DNA of 64,000 nt. It comes from an uncultured Gemmatimonadales bacterium. Its GTDB lineage: Bacteria; Gemmatimonadota; Gemmatimonadetes; Gemmatimonadales; GWC2-71-9. Under the pieces are notes generated by a model that searched no databases, had not been told where the DNA came from, and saw nothing but the letters and a program-made list of their open reading frames with translations. Of this stretch, positions 10,426-21,170 are shown one piece after another (the first letter of the stretch is position 1; the number at the start of each line of letters is the position of its first letter). Location of the stretch: assembly GCA_963828735.1 (NCBI GenBank), contig CAWHFW010000002.1, positions 736,001 through 800,000 of the forward strand. The letters are read 5' to 3'. A program made the translations under genes and the position numbers.

Positions 10426-11259
10426 TCAGACCCCCACACGACGACGCGCCGCCCACTGCATCAGGTTGATGGCGAGCAGCAGAGCGAACGAGACCAGCAG
10501 CATGACCAACGCCACGGCCGTGGCGCCGGCGTAGTCGTACTGCTCGAGCTTCGTGATGATGAGAAGGGGCACGATCTCGGTCTTCATCGGCATGTTGCCC
10601 GAGATGAAGACCACGGAGCCGTATTCGCCGATCGCCCGCGCAAAGGCGAGGGCGAACCCGGTGAGGAGCGCCGGGGCCACCGTCGGCAGCACGACCCGGG
10701 TGAAGGTCTGCCAGCGCTGCGCGCCGAGGCTGGCGGCGGCCTCCTCGACGTCGACCTCGAGGTCGTCGAGCACCGGCTGCACCGTCCGCACCACGAAGGG
10801 CAGGCCGATGAAGATCAGCGCCACGGTGATGCCGAGCCAGGTATAGGACACCTTGATCCCGAAGGGCTCGAGGTAGCGACCGACCCACCCGTTCGTGGCG
10901 TAGAGAGTGGTGAGCGAGATGCCCGCCACCGCGGTGGGGAGCGCGAATGGCAGGTCAACCATCGCGTCGACGATCCGGCGCCCCGGAAACCGGTAGCGCA
11001 CCAGCACCCACGCCACCAGGAGACCGAACACCGTGTTGATCAGCGCCGCGACGAACGAGGCGCCGAAGGTGACCCGGTAGGATGCCAGGACCCGAGGGTT
11101 CGTCACGGTGCCCCAGAACTCGGCCCAGGAAAGATCGGCCGTGCGCGTGAACACCGTGGCGAGCGGGAGCAGCACCATGAGACTGAGATAGGTGCAGGTG
11201 ATCCCCAGGCTGAGACCGAATCCGGGGAGCACGCGTCGCGAGGACTGCCGCATCGTCAT
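10426..11259 (-). CDS. cysT: sulfate ABC transporter permease
   Basis: [54 protein letters not shown]. Confidence 0.93.
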   Translation of the reverse strand: MTMRQSSRRVLPGFGLSLGITCTYLSLMVLLPLATVFTRTADLSWAEFWGTVTNPRVLASYRVTFGASFVAALINTVFGLLVAWVLVRYRFPGRRIVDAMVDLPFALPTAVAGISLTTLYATNGWVGRYLEPFGIKVSYTWLGITVALIFIGLPFVVRTVQPVLDDLEVDVEEAAASLGAQRWQTFTRVVLPTVAPALLTGFALAFARAIGEYGSVVFISGNMPMKTEIVPLLIITKLEQYDYAGATAVALVMLLVSFALLLAINLMQWAARRRVGV

Positions 11260-11288
11260 CCCTTCGTAGGGGTAGACATGTGCCGGGG

Positions 11289-12320
11289 CTAGTGCCCCGG
11301 CTGGTAGATCTGATCGAACAGGGCCCCATCGGCGAAGTGGGTGGCATGCGCCTTCTTCCACCCGCCGAACACCGCGTCCACCGTGACCAGGTCGATCTTG
11401 GGGAACTGCGCGGCGTACTTGGCCGCTACCGTCGCGTTGCGCGGACGATAGAAGTGCTTTACGACGATCTCCTGACCAACGTCCGTGTAGAGGTACTCGA
11501 GGTACGCCTGGGCCACGGCCTTGGTCCCGTGCTTGCCCGCTACCTTGTCCACCACCGCGACCGGCGGCTCGGCGAGGATGCTGAGCGAGGGCGCCACGAC
11601 CTCGAACTTGCCCGGGCCCAGCTCCTTGATGGCGAGCAGGGCCTCGTTCTCCCAGGCGATCAGGACGTCGCCGATGCCACGCTCGACGAAGGTCGTCGTG
11701 GATCCGCGCGCGCCCGCGTCGAGCACCGGCACGTTTTTGTACAGCCGGGCCACGAAGTCCTTGGCCGTGGCCTCGGTCCCGCCTGGCTGCCGCATCGCCC
11801 AGGCCCAGGCGGCCAGGTAGTTCCAGCGCGCGCCACCCGACGTCTTCGGATTGGGCGTGATGACGGAAACGCCGGGCTTGGCGAGATCGCCCCAATCCTT
11901 GATGTGCTTCGGGTTGCCCTTCCGGACGAGCAGCACGATGGTCGAGGTGTAGGGCGCGCTGTTGTTGGGCAGGCGGGACTGCCAGCTCGCCGGCAATAAG
12001 CCGGCTTTGGCCGCGATCTCGTCGATGTCGTAGGCCAGCGCGAGGGTCACGACGTCGGCGCCGAGTCCGTCGATGACCGAGCGCGCCTGCTTGCCCGAGC
12101 CCCCGTGCGATTGGCGGATCGTCACCTCCTGGCCGGTCTTGCCTTTCCAAAAGGTCGCAAACTGCTGATTGAAGTCCTCGTAGAGCTCACGCGTCGGATC
12201 GTACGAGACGTTGAGCAGCGTCACGGGCTTGGCGCTCTGGGCGCCGGCCTGGCCGGCGCCACCCATCAGGGCGAGGAGGAGCGCGGAGCCGGCGGCAAGT
12301 CGAGCGAGCATGATCTTCAC
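11289..12320 (-). CDS. sbp: sulfate-binding periplasmic protein
   Basis: Signal peptide then [42 protein letters not shown] start with GGAGAGG SD. Confidence 0.93.
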   Translation of the reverse strand: MKIMLARLAAGSALLLALMGGAGQAGAQSAKPVTLLNVSYDPTRELYEDFNQQFATFWKGKTGQEVTIRQSHGGSGKQARSVIDGLGADVVTLALAYDIDEIAAKAGLLPASWQSRLPNNSAPYTSTIVLLVRKGNPKHIKDWGDLAKPGVSVITPNPKTSGGARWNYLAAWAWAMRQPGGTEATAKDFVARLYKNVPVLDAGARGSTTTFVERGIGDVLIAWENEALLAIKELGPGKFEVVAPSLSILAEPPVAVVDKVAGKHGTKAVAQAYLEYLYTDVGQEIVVKHFYRPRNATVAAKYAAQFPKIDLVTVDAVFGGWKKAHATHFADGALFDQIYQPGH

Positions 12321-12340
12321 TGGGCCTCTCCTGGAGGTCA

Positions 12341-13729
12341 TCAGAAGGAGTACTGGATACGGGTGACGACGAAGTTCTCCGGCTCGCGATCTTCCGTGCC
12401 GGCGCCCCCGGTGAACGTCGTGCGCTCGTAGTCGAGAACGGTCTTGATGCTCTTGGCGAGATACCAGTTGAGGCCCACCGCCCACGCCCTGGCCTTGCTC
12501 GGCGTGGTCGCGGAGGTGGCGTAGGCCGGGAACGTCGCGTCGTCGATGCTGAGCTCGCTGTACCGCGCGGCCAGCTCGAGCGCCCCGAACGTGCCGGCCT
12601 TGGGATCGAACGGCTTCTTCGGGGCGGCGCTGCGCCAGGAGTTCTTCTCGCCCGTCAGGAAGTAGGACCCCGTGGCCTGCCACGCGGTGTGCTTGAGCTT
12701 GACCGTGGCGAAGGTGTTCCGGTTCACTTCCTGCCACGACGTGATGTATTCGCCATGGATCCCGAGCGCCCCGGTGTAGAAGTAAGCCTGCGGCGCGAGA
12801 CGCTGGCGGACCCCGTCGGCGAACGCATTGCTCGCCGGCGCGGTAGTGCTCGAGGCGTAGCGGAACCAGGTCTGTTGCCCGCCGGTGCGGTAGGCAGCGA
12901 GCTGCGGCGCGGCCGTCGTGCCTCGCTCGAGACCCGTGCTGCCGGCGATGCCGACACCCAGGCCCCGGAGCGAGCCGCTCTTGAACGGCTGGAGGAAAAC
13001 GCGGCCGACGAAGTCCTTGGCGTCGCTCACGTCGCCGTCGCCGTTGCCGAGATCGGGCACGCCGTTGAAGATCCCGGCCTGCCATGCGAGGAGACCGCTC
13101 GAGATGTCGCCGGAGATCTGAAGGCCGACGTCGCGGTTGGGCGCCAGATTCGTAGCCAATGAGCGCTCGGCGAACACGATGTCGCTCGCGGACTGCAGGC
13201 GCTCGAGATCCACCGGCGGCTTGAACTTGCCGACCCGGACGGCAAAGGCCGGCGATACCTTCACATCGGTGTAGGCGTCGAACAGAACCGTGGTCCCCTG
13301 GCCGAAGTCCGGTTGGAGCCGCATCTCGAGGTATTTGCCGACGGTGGCCTCGAGGATGGGTCTGGCTCGGCGAAGGAAGAACGTGTTGGTAACGGGCACC
13401 GCGTTGTCGTCCAGGAAGAATCGTCCGTCGGTCTGCACCAGGCCCTTGAGCCGTACCGCGAACTTCCCGTCCGCCGATTTGATGCTGAAGCCGTCCTTCG
13501 TGCTCGCCGTCGCGGAGACCTTGTCCTTGGCCGCCGCGGCGGCGCTGTCGGCCGCCAGCTCCCGCAGTCGCTGAAGGATCCGGACCTGTTGGTCCAACTC
13601 ATCCACCCGGCGCTCGAGCGACGCGCTATCCGGGGTAGCCCCCTCCTGTTGCGCCATGGCCTGTGGCGCCACCGCCACGGTTCCCGATGCCAAGATGATT
13701 CCGCCGACCCAGTTCCGGACCGCACGCAT
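12341..13729 (-). CDS. OprO/OprP-family anion-selective outer membrane porin
   Basis: Signal peptide and short coiled coil, [32 protein letters not shown]-terminal Phe (RIQYSF); SD AAGGAGG. Confidence 0.85.
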   Translation of the reverse strand: MRAVRNWVGGIILASGTVAVAPQAMAQQEGATPDSASLERRVDELDQQVRILQRLRELAADSAAAAAKDKVSATASTKDGFSIKSADGKFAVRLKGLVQTDGRFFLDDNAVPVTNTFFLRRARPILEATVGKYLEMRLQPDFGQGTTVLFDAYTDVKVSPAFAVRVGKFKPPVDLERLQSASDIVFAERSLATNLAPNRDVGLQISGDISSGLLAWQAGIFNGVPDLGNGDGDVSDAKDFVGRVFLQPFKSGSLRGLGVGIAGSTGLERGTTAAPQLAAYRTGGQQTWFRYASSTTAPASNAFADGVRQRLAPQAYFYTGALGIHGEYITSWQEVNRNTFATVKLKHTAWQATGSYFLTGEKNSWRSAAPKKPFDPKAGTFGALELAARYSELSIDDATFPAYATSATTPSKARAWAVGLNWYLAKSIKTVLDYERTTFTGGAGTEDREPENFVVTRIQYSF

Positions 13730-13758
13730 TCGACTGCCTCCTTGAGCAACGATGTGGC

Positions 13759-13783
13759 GGACTTCCGGCGATCCGGTCAGTCC
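13759..13783 (-). other. RNA hairpin with internal GA/A loop between yezD and the porin
   Basis: Minus strand reads GGACU-GA-CCGG-AUCG-CCGG-A-AGUCC; a second hairpin lies at 13788-13816. Confidence 0.45.
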
Positions 13784-13826
13784 TAGGGCGCGGCACCCGG
13801 GATGGGTGATCCGCGCGGACGTCCTG

Positions 13827-14039
13827 CTACCGTCGGTGTTCTGTAAGCTCATGATCGAAGCGCACTTTCTCCCTGCGCTCGAGCTGGACAACCCTGCCGT
13901 CGTGGATCACGAGCTCGACTGTCCCGTAGCGGATCGCACGAAGCGCCTCCCGAAGGGCTCGCAGGAGCGCCGGCGAGAGGGGTAACTGCTCCTGGGTTCC
14001 GGCTTCCTGGCCCGCCGGGAGGGCTGAGTTCATGGCCAT
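13827..14039 (-). CDS. YezD/OscA (DUF2292) small sulfur-starvation protein
   Basis: ALRAIRYGTVELVIHDGRVVQLERREKVRF is the DUF2292 signature; it leads the sulfate uptake genes. Confidence 0.85.
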   Translation of the reverse strand: MAMNSALPAGQEAGTQEQLPLSPALLRALREALRAIRYGTVELVIHDGRVVQLERREKVRFDHELTEHRR

Positions 14040-14042
14040 GAT

Positions 14043-14077
14043 CCTATTTACCCTATCTGTTTGATCGAGTAAATAGG
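14043..14077. promoter_or_regulatory. candidate Rrf2 operator (imperfect inverted repeat)
   Basis: CCTATTTACCCTATC-TGTTT-GATCGAGTAAATAGG with perfect 9-bp outer arms; AT-rich; immediately upstream of yezD and downstream of the rrf2 gene. Confidence 0.65.
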
Positions 14078-14119
14078 CAATAGACATGCCACGAAGAGCA
14101 ACGAGGAGTGCAAAATCCG

Positions 14120-14566
14120 TCAGTGGGTGGCGGTTAGCTCCGAGGCCCTCTCCACCTGCCGGCGCAGGGAGGCAAGGCTGGTTCCGTCCAGGACCTTCGC
14201 GGTAGCGTCGCGGACGGCCTTCATGGCGAGGTGGACGCCGCACACCGCCTCGTTGGGGCAGTCGGCGCACGGGACGTAGGCGGTCTGGCTGGCGCACGGC
14301 ACGGGGGCGAGGGGCCCGTCGAACATTCGGACGATCTGGCCCAGGTACACGTCCTTGGGATCCCGGGCCAGCAGGTAGCCCCCGCCCTTCCCTTTCCGGC
14401 TCTGGAGGACCCCGTGATGCTTGAGCACCAGCAGGATGAGCTCGAGGAACTTGGGCGGGATTTGTTCTTCTCGCGCCAAGTCGGCGATCCGCATCGGCTC
14501 CTCACCCTGGCGCTCGGCGAGGGCGAGGAGGGCCTTGATGGCGTATTTGGCCCGCTTGGTCAGCAT
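14120..14566 (-). CDS. Rrf2 family transcriptional regulator
   Basis: MLTKRAKYAIKAL, IPPKFLELIL, S.KGKGGGYLLAR, DGPLAPVPC; four C-terminal Cys. Confidence 0.92.
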   Translation of the reverse strand: MLTKRAKYAIKALLALAERQGEEPMRIADLAREEQIPPKFLELILLVLKHHGVLQSRKGKGGGYLLARDPKDVYLGQIVRMFDGPLAPVPCASQTAYVPCADCPNEAVCGVHLAMKAVRDATAKVLDGTSLASLRRQVERASELTATH

Positions 14567-14570
14567 GCGG

Positions 14571-15452
14571 TTACATGTATCCGTCGCGTCGGAGGACTTC
14601 CAGCCCACCGCCGCCGGCCTTGTCCTGCGCCCGCCCCGACCGCTCGGCGATGTTCGCGAACTTCCCCGACTGGAGCTCGAGGATGATGTCGTCCACGTTG
14701 CGCGCCTCCGATTCGACGGCCTGGGTGCACGGCCAGCACCCCAGCGAGCGATACCGCTTGCCGTCGCCCTTGTTGTAGTAGAGCGAGACCGTGGGAATGT
14801 TCTCCCGCTTGATGTACTCCCAGATGTTGAGCTCGGTCCAGTCCAGCAGCGGGTGGATGCGCAAGTGGGTCCCCGGCGCGAATTCGGTCTTGAACTGATT
14901 CCAGAACTCCGGCGGCTGGTCGCCGACATCCCAGTGCGACTGGGCGTTGCGCGGCGAGAAGTAGCGCTCCTTGGACCGGCTCCCCTCCTCGTCCGCGCGC
15001 GCGCCGACGATCACGCCCGTGAACGCCTCGGTGTTCCGGTCGATCTCGTACACCCGCTTCGTGTGATTCAGGCGGTAGCGCGGCCACTCGCCGCTCAGCG
15101 TGTACTTGAGCGCGTCGGTCTTGAGCGCCTTGCAGCAGGCGATGCGGTCCACCGCCCCGTCCGGGTACGTCTGCTTCTCATCGAGCGCCTCGCGGTTCTG
15201 GCCGTAGATCATCGTCAGGTGCCACTCGAGGGCCAGGCGGTCCCGGTACTCGATCATCTCCGGGATCTTGTAGGCGGTGTCGATGTGGATGAGCGGCATC
15301 GGGACGTGGCCGAAGAACGCCTTTCGGGCCAGCCAGAGGAGGACCGTGCTGTCCTTCCCGATGGACCAGAGCATTCCCAGGTTCTTGAAGTTGGCGTACG
15401 CCTCCCGAAGGATGTGCACGCTGCGGTTCTCGAGTTGGTCGAGATGATCCAT
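14571..15452 (-). CDS. cysD: sulfate adenylyltransferase subunit 2
   Basis: [51 protein letters not shown]. Alternative GTG at 15467. Confidence 0.93.
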   Translation of the reverse strand: MDHLDQLENRSVHILREAYANFKNLGMLWSIGKDSTVLLWLARKAFFGHVPMPLIHIDTAYKIPEMIEYRDRLALEWHLTMIYGQNREALDEKQTYPDGAVDRIACCKALKTDALKYTLSGEWPRYRLNHTKRVYEIDRNTEAFTGVIVGARADEEGSRSKERYFSPRNAQSHWDVGDQPPEFWNQFKTEFAPGTHLRIHPLLDWTELNIWEYIKRENIPTVSLYYNKGDGKRYRSLGCWPCTQAVESEARNVDDIILELQSGKFANIAERSGRAQDKAGGGGLEVLRRDGYM

Positions 15453-15463
15453 CGTTCCTGCGG

Positions 15464-15991
15464 TCACGATTGGCCTCCCACGCGCTCCAGCACCGCCGCC
15501 ACGCACTGGTCGACGGAGAGGGCGCGGGTGTCGAGTGTCAGCTCGGGGCGCTCAGGCGCCTCGTACGGGTCGTCGATCCCCGTGAAGTTGCGAATTTCCC
15601 CGCGGCGCGCGCGGGCATACAGACCTTTCACGTCGCGACGCTCGCATTCCTCCAGCGGCGTGGCCACGTAGATCTCCACGAACGCAGGGCACAGCCGGCG
15701 GACGAAGTCCCGCGACTCGCGATACGGCGACACGAACGACGCGACCACCGTGACGCCGTGCGCGGCCAGGCGGCTCGCCATGTACCCCGTGCGCCGCAGG
15801 TGCTCTTCCCGGTCGGCCCGGGTGAAGCCGGTATTGGGAAACACCTCGCGCAACGCATCGCCGTCGACGTACTCGATCTCCACCCCGCGCCGGGCCAGGG
15901 CCTCGTGAACCCGGACCGCGATGGTGCTCTTGCCGGACCCCGACAGCCCGGTGAACCACAACACGGGCGCCGGCGACTTCGTTCCCCTCAC
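15464..15991 (-). CDS. cysC: adenylyl-sulfate (APS) kinase
   Basis: [46 protein letters not shown] overlap with cysQ. Confidence 0.93.
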   Translation of the reverse strand: MRGTKSPAPVLWFTGLSGSGKSTIAVRVHEALARRGVEIEYVDGDALREVFPNTGFTRADREEHLRRTGYMASRLAAHGVTVVASFVSPYRESRDFVRRLCPAFVEIYVATPLEECERRDVKGLYARARRGEIRNFTGIDDPYEAPERPELTLDTRALSVDQCVAAVLERVGGQS

Positions 15992-16749
15992 AGCCCGATG
16001 ACGAAGCTGGAGTTCCGAAGGTCGGGCTTGTTGTAGGTCAGTGGCGACGGTCGCTCGCCGTCGCGCCCGGACTGGCGGTACACGCAGTCGCCGGCCGCCA
16101 CGTCCCATTCCATCGTGGGCCCGAGCCGTGGGTAGATGTCGGCACGGCCCTCGGCCACCCAGCAGAACTTGAGCGAGCTCCCGGCCTTCACCCGGCGCGC
16201 CACCGGAATCGTCTTGAGGTACTCCTCGAGCTCGGGCGACGGGTGGGAGAGACTCTCGACCACCGTGAGCGGCGTTCCGGGCGCGGCCTCGGTCGAGTAA
16301 ATGCGCTCCGGAGCGCCTCCCTTCTCCTCGCGCCACGCGCCGCCGCCCTTGACCGCCCAGTAGAGCAGGTCCAGCGCTGGCGCGAGCACCACCCCGAATA
16401 CGGGCTCGCCGTCCTCGATGAGGCCGAGGTTGACCGTGAACTCCGCCCGGCGCTTGATGAACTCCTTCGTGCCGTCCAGCGGATCGACCAGCCAGAATCG
16501 GCGCCAGCCGCGGCGGGCCTCGAAGTCGGCGGCCGCGGCCTCCTCGCTCACCACAGGAGTGGCGGGGTCGAGCCGGTGCAGGCCCTCGACCAGGATCCGG
16601 TGCGCGACCTCGTCGGCCAACGTCACCGGGCTGCGGTCGTCCTTTTCGCGAACCGCCGCGTCGACCGTGCCGTCGTAATACGTCATGGTCGCGCGGCCGG
16701 CCGCGCGCGCGAGGTCGATCACCGCGGACCGGAGCTGGGGACTTACCAT
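15988..16749 (-). CDS. cysQ: 3'(2'),5'-bisphosphate nucleotidase
   Basis: [41 protein letters not shown]. Confidence 0.93.
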   Translation of the reverse strand: MVSPQLRSAVIDLARAAGRATMTYYDGTVDAAVREKDDRSPVTLADEVAHRILVEGLHRLDPATPVVSEEAAAADFEARRGWRRFWLVDPLDGTKEFIKRRAEFTVNLGLIEDGEPVFGVVLAPALDLLYWAVKGGGAWREEKGGAPERIYSTEAAPGTPLTVVESLSHPSPELEEYLKTIPVARRVKAGSSLKFCWVAEGRADIYPRLGPTMEWDVAAGDCVYRQSGRDGERPSPLTYNKPDLRNSSFVIGL

Positions 16750-18578
16750 GGGCGGAAGATGATCCCCTTGTCCTGCAGGTGCGCCTTGAGCTGGTCCACC
16801 GCTTCGGGTACCGCGCCGCCGGGCAGCTGCAGATCGACCGCCAGGTCGGTCGTGATCGTGTCACCCGCCCAGATAGTCTCGATCCAGTCCGGCTGCACGG
16901 CGGTCTTGATCACCTCGAGATCGTCCTGCGTGAGCTCGGCTGCCGCGACGACGAGGATCATGCCGGCGTCGAGCATCAGGTTGGCCACCTCGGCGAGGCG
17001 CCGCATGTGCTCCAGGCGGTTCTCCGGCTTCCGCGCGATGTCGGCATCGACGCCGTAGAGCACGCTGCCAATGCCGACGAAGTAGACCACCTTCCCGTCC
17101 TCGAAGAGCTTGCTCTCGATGGCCTTGGCCACGCCCTTCCGGTCGGCTTCGTCCTCGCCGGTGACCAGAATGAGCGCGGCCTTCTGGTTGTACTTCTCCG
17201 CCCGCCGCTCGGGCTGAATGACGCTCGGCTCCCACTTATAGTTGCGCAGCAGGACCTGGTCGCGGACCGATGCCTGGCGATCCGGCAACGCCTCGCGGAC
17301 GATGCCGCCGCCCCGGATCTCGAAGTCGTCGACGATCACGAACCGGCTGGTGGACGGAACATCCTCCGCCAGGTCACAGGCGATCGCCCGGTCGAGCTTG
17401 AGGACGCACTCCGCCACGTCGTGCCGTTGAATCACGGCGTGCTGGTCGGTGTTGCCGAGCGTGGACGCGTCCATCACGCGGGTGATCTCCTCGAGGCGGG
17501 CCGTTACCCGGGCCGTACCCAGCTTGAGGAGATACTCCTTCCGCTTCACCATGGGGTCCTTGCCGAGCCAGAAGAGGCTCACCCGAAGGCGCGTGGTGAC
17601 CTGCGGACGGGGCTCGGTCTCGAGGGTCGCCACCTCACCCCGAGTGATGTAGATCTGCTCGTTCATCGTGAAGCCGACCGCGTAACCCGCTTCCGCCCGG
17701 GTCTCGATCGGCCGGTTGAAGGCTTCGATGCTCTTCACCCGACTCTTCTTGCCCGAGGGATAGAAGATCACGGGGTCACCCACCTTCACGGAGCCGGAGT
17801 CGATGGTGCCCGCGACGATCCGCCGGTCATCACCCTGCTTGGTAAACTTGTAGACGTCCTGGACCGGCATCCGGAACGGACGATCGATCGGCATCGGCTC
17901 GCTGCGGAACGCGTCGAGCGCATCGAGCACGGTCGGCCCCTGGTACCAGCCAAGGTGCGAAGAGCGGTCCGCGATGTTGTCGCCGCCGCGACCGGAAACG
18001 GGAATGAACGCCGACGGCCGGATTCCGACCTGGTCGAGAAATGTGCCGTACTCGCGCCGGATGCGGTCGAATACCTCCTGGTCCCAGTTCACCAGGTCCA
18101 TCTTGTTCACCACGACCGCGAGCTGCCGAATGCCCAGCAGCGAGACCATGTACCCATGGCGCCGCGAGTTTTCCTGCACGCCCTCGGCGGCGTCGATCAC
18201 GAGCAGCGCGGCCTCGGCGCGCGCGGCGCCCGTGATCATGTTCTTCAGGAACTCGATGTGGCCCGGAGCGTCGAGGATCAGGTACGGTCGCCGGCTGCTC
18301 TTGAAGAACACCCGGGCAGCGTCGATGGTGATGCCCTGTGCCTGCTCGTCCTTGAGGGCGTCGAGCAGGAAGGCGTACTCGAACGGTTTCGAATTCAGCT
18401 CGCACTGGGCCCGGATCTGCTCGAGTTTCCCTTCCGGCAACGAGTGGGTGTCGGCGAGGAGTCGGCCGATGACCGTGCTCTTCCCATGGTCGACGTGGCC
18501 GACGATCACGATGTTCATGCGCTGGGTCGCCGCTGGGGCGGCCACGCGCGGTTCGGGCCGTGCGATGGAAGACGACAT
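16743..18578 (-). CDS. cysN: sulfate adenylyltransferase subunit 1 (GTPase) with degenerate C-terminal APS-kinase-like domain
   Basis: [27 protein letters not shown]; the C-terminal ~150 aa resemble CysC but lack the P-loop. Confidence 0.9.
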   Translation of the reverse strand: MSSSIARPEPRVAAPAATQRMNIVIVGHVDHGKSTVIGRLLADTHSLPEGKLEQIRAQCELNSKPFEYAFLLDALKDEQAQGITIDAARVFFKSSRRPYLILDAPGHIEFLKNMITGAARAEAALLVIDAAEGVQENSRRHGYMVSLLGIRQLAVVVNKMDLVNWDQEVFDRIRREYGTFLDQVGIRPSAFIPVSGRGGDNIADRSSHLGWYQGPTVLDALDAFRSEPMPIDRPFRMPVQDVYKFTKQGDDRRIVAGTIDSGSVKVGDPVIFYPSGKKSRVKSIEAFNRPIETRAEAGYAVGFTMNEQIYITRGEVATLETEPRPQVTTRLRVSLFWLGKDPMVKRKEYLLKLGTARVTARLEEITRVMDASTLGNTDQHAVIQRHDVAECVLKLDRAIACDLAEDVPSTSRFVIVDDFEIRGGGIVREALPDRQASVRDQVLLRNYKWEPSVIQPERRAEKYNQKAALILVTGEDEADRKGVAKAIESKLFEDGKVVYFVGIGSVLYGVDADIARKPENRLEHMRRLAEVANLMLDAGMILVVAAAELTQDDLEVIKTAVQPDWIETIWAGDTITTDLAVDLQLPGGAVPEAVDQLKAHLQDKGIIFRPW

Positions 18579-18760
18579 GGGCCTGAAACGTTCCTCCGTG
18601 AGTCGAAGTCGCCAAACGCGCGCGACCTGTTCGAGCAGGCCGGCCCGGATTTCGAGCCGGCCTGCGTCAACGAGTGGCTACTGCCGTGCTGTCAACGTCG
18701 ATTGTCCGTCACGCGATCAGGACGACTGAAGACGGCCCTGGGGCGCCCCGGAGGGACGGG

Positions 18761-21163
18761 TCACTGCTCCTCCGCGGCGTAGTCGTACGGATAGTAGTAG
18801 TCGCCTTCCTTCGCGACCTGGCCGCCCGGATCGTTCAGCACCGTGCCGATGACCCGGGCGCCCACGTTGGCGAGCTGCTGACACGCGCGCTGCGCCGCGT
18901 TCTTGTCGGTGGCGCCGGCCCGCACGACGAGCAGCACGCCGTCGGTGAGCGACGCCACGATGCCGGCGTCAGCGGTGGCGAGCACGGGGGGTGTATCGAG
19001 CACGATGATGTCGTACTGCTCCCGGAGCTCCTGGAGCAGCACTTTCATCCGGGTCCCGCTCAGCAGGTTCGCGGCGTTGGACGGCAGCGCCCCACACGGC
19101 AGCACCGAGAGTCCGACGACGGACGTATCACGAATGGCCGGCAGGCGGGGGGCGCCCGGCGCCGAGGATGCCGTCAGCAGTTCCATGAGACCGGGCGCGC
19201 GCGGCAAGTGGAACAGGCCATGGACCCGGGGCCGCCGGATATCGCAGTCCACCAGCAACACGCGAAGCCCGTCGTACGCCAGCGTGACCGCGAGGTTGGC
19301 CGCGGTCAACGTCTTGCCTTCACCCGGCGCGGCGCTCGTCACGACCAGACTCTTGAGGGCCTCGCCGCCGTCGGACCAGATGAGGCTGGTGCGGAGATTC
19401 CGGAACGCCTCGATACCGATCGAGAACGTCTGGCCGCCGGACATGGGCGAGCCGGCACTCGGCCGTGAGCCCTTGCCGGCGCCCAGCAGCCCGCGCAGGC
19501 GGCCGCGGCCGTTGCCGGAGCCACCGCTGATCCGCGGAATCACCGCCAGGCCGGGCACGTGCAGCACCGCCTCGAGATCCTCGGGGCGCCGCACGGAGGT
19601 GTTGAGCGCCTCGAGGAGATAGGCTAGCAGCAGTCCAAGCATGAGTCCGAGCACGAGCCCCAGCGCGAGCTTCACGGCCGAGGCTGTGAGGACCGGGGCG
19701 TATGGCACGTCGGCCATGTCCACCACGTCCACGTCGCCGGCCTCGACAGTCTCCGCCATCCGGGCCCGGTTATAGTCCTTGCGCAGGTCGTCGCCCAGGC
19801 CGGCCAGGGCATCCACGCGCCGGTTGAGCCGCATCTCCTCTTCCGCCATGGCGGGCAGGACTTCGATGGACGCGCCGCTCTTTCGACGCAGCGCCGCAAG
19901 GGCGTCCATGCGCGCATTCAGCGTCTTCAGCTGGCTGCTGACGGCGTCCTCGAGCTTCGCCTGGGTGGAGGCGGTCAGTCCCTTCAACTGCACGACGTCC
20001 GGATTGTTGGGGGACGCCCTCCAGGGACCGGTCATCATCGAATCCAGCCGATCCTGATAAATCAGCAGCTGATGGTAGATGGTCCCGATCGCGGCGTTGT
20101 CGGCCATGCCTGGGGCCGTGCCGAGGGCGCGAACCGCCTGCGCGCGGGTCTCCTCGTCGCTCGACTTGAGCTGCTGTTGCAGCGCCGCGAAGGTCCCCCG
20201 GTCCGCGTCGAGCTCAGCCATGCGGGTCTCGATCTGGAGCGCGGTCTCCTGCTCCGCCTTCAGCTTGTCGCTACTGCTCGCCAGCTGCTGGCGACTGCGG
20301 AAATTCGCGAGCTCCGACTGCGCCCGCGCCAGCATGCTGTCGGTCTGGGACAACTGCTCACCCAAGAATTCCCGCCGGCGCCGCGACCGCTCGCGCGCCC
20401 ACTGGACGTTGAGCGCCTGAAACGCCTGCACCGTCGAGTTCACGACGCGCTGCGCCGAGATGGGATCGTACGCGGTGTAGCCGACGTCGATCACGTCCGT
20501 TTCGGCCCGGGGGGCGACGAGCAGGCCGCCGAGCAGCGCGTCGATCGCCGGCTCATGGCCGCCGATGCCGAGCGTGGCGGTCTCGATGGTCGGCCGTGAG
20601 CGCACGCTGAGCTGGACCACGCCGAGATTGATGATCTGGCCGTAGGGCGCCGTAACCACCCGATCGGCGCGCCGGGCCACGACGTCATTCGGCCGAAACG
20701 TGAGCACGACGGAGTCACCCGCCGCGCGCGGGTCGACGTGCACGTTCTCGAGCGATCCCGTCGTGAACTCCTCGGTCATGCTCTGCAGCTGGAGGCCCAG
20801 CGTATCCACGACGAGCCCCGCCACGGTCCGGCTCCGGATGAGCTGAACGATGGACATCAGCGGGTCCGTGGTCTTGGGCAGTCCGTTGGGCTCTTCGTCG
20901 TCACCGGTGATCGCTTGCCGCTCACCCGCGAATCGGAGCATGGCGTTGGCGTGATACGTCGCCGGCTCCCTCGACGCGAGGAACAGCCCAATGGAGGCAC
21001 CGACGAGCGTCATCGCCAGGATGAGCTGGTACCGCCGGCGCAGCACCGTGAGGACTTGCCGGAACGTCACCGAGTCGCCGCCTTCGGCCGCGGTCTCGAC
21101 CGGTCGGTACGGCCCTCCCGGCGGCCCGGGCAGCATGCGATTGGACGGGGTCATGGGCGACAT
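18761..21163 (-). CDS. wzc: polysaccharide co-polymerase / tyrosine autokinase
   Basis: Two TM helices flanking a coiled-coil region; EAFRNLRT, TSAAPGEGKT, LVDCDIRRP, LDTPP; Tyr cluster DYYYPYDY. Confidence 0.9.
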   Translation of the reverse strand: MSPMTPSNRMLPGPPGGPYRPVETAAEGGDSVTFRQVLTVLRRRYQLILAMTLVGASIGLFLASREPATYHANAMLRFAGERQAITGDDEEPNGLPKTTDPLMSIVQLIRSRTVAGLVVDTLGLQLQSMTEEFTTGSLENVHVDPRAAGDSVVLTFRPNDVVARRADRVVTAPYGQIINLGVVQLSVRSRPTIETATLGIGGHEPAIDALLGGLLVAPRAETDVIDVGYTAYDPISAQRVVNSTVQAFQALNVQWARERSRRRREFLGEQLSQTDSMLARAQSELANFRSRQQLASSSDKLKAEQETALQIETRMAELDADRGTFAALQQQLKSSDEETRAQAVRALGTAPGMADNAAIGTIYHQLLIYQDRLDSMMTGPWRASPNNPDVVQLKGLTASTQAKLEDAVSSQLKTLNARMDALAALRRKSGASIEVLPAMAEEEMRLNRRVDALAGLGDDLRKDYNRARMAETVEAGDVDVVDMADVPYAPVLTASAVKLALGLVLGLMLGLLLAYLLEALNTSVRRPEDLEAVLHVPGLAVIPRISGGSGNGRGRLRGLLGAGKGSRPSAGSPMSGGQTFSIGIEAFRNLRTSLIWSDGGEALKSLVVTSAAPGEGKTLTAANLAVTLAYDGLRVLLVDCDIRRPRVHGLFHLPRAPGLMELLTASSAPGAPRLPAIRDTSVVGLSVLPCGALPSNAANLLSGTRMKVLLQELREQYDIIVLDTPPVLATADAGIVASLTDGVLLVVRAGATDKNAAQRACQQLANVGARVIGTVLNDPGGQVAKEGDYYYPYDYAAEEQ

Positions 21164-21170
21164 AGGCTAC

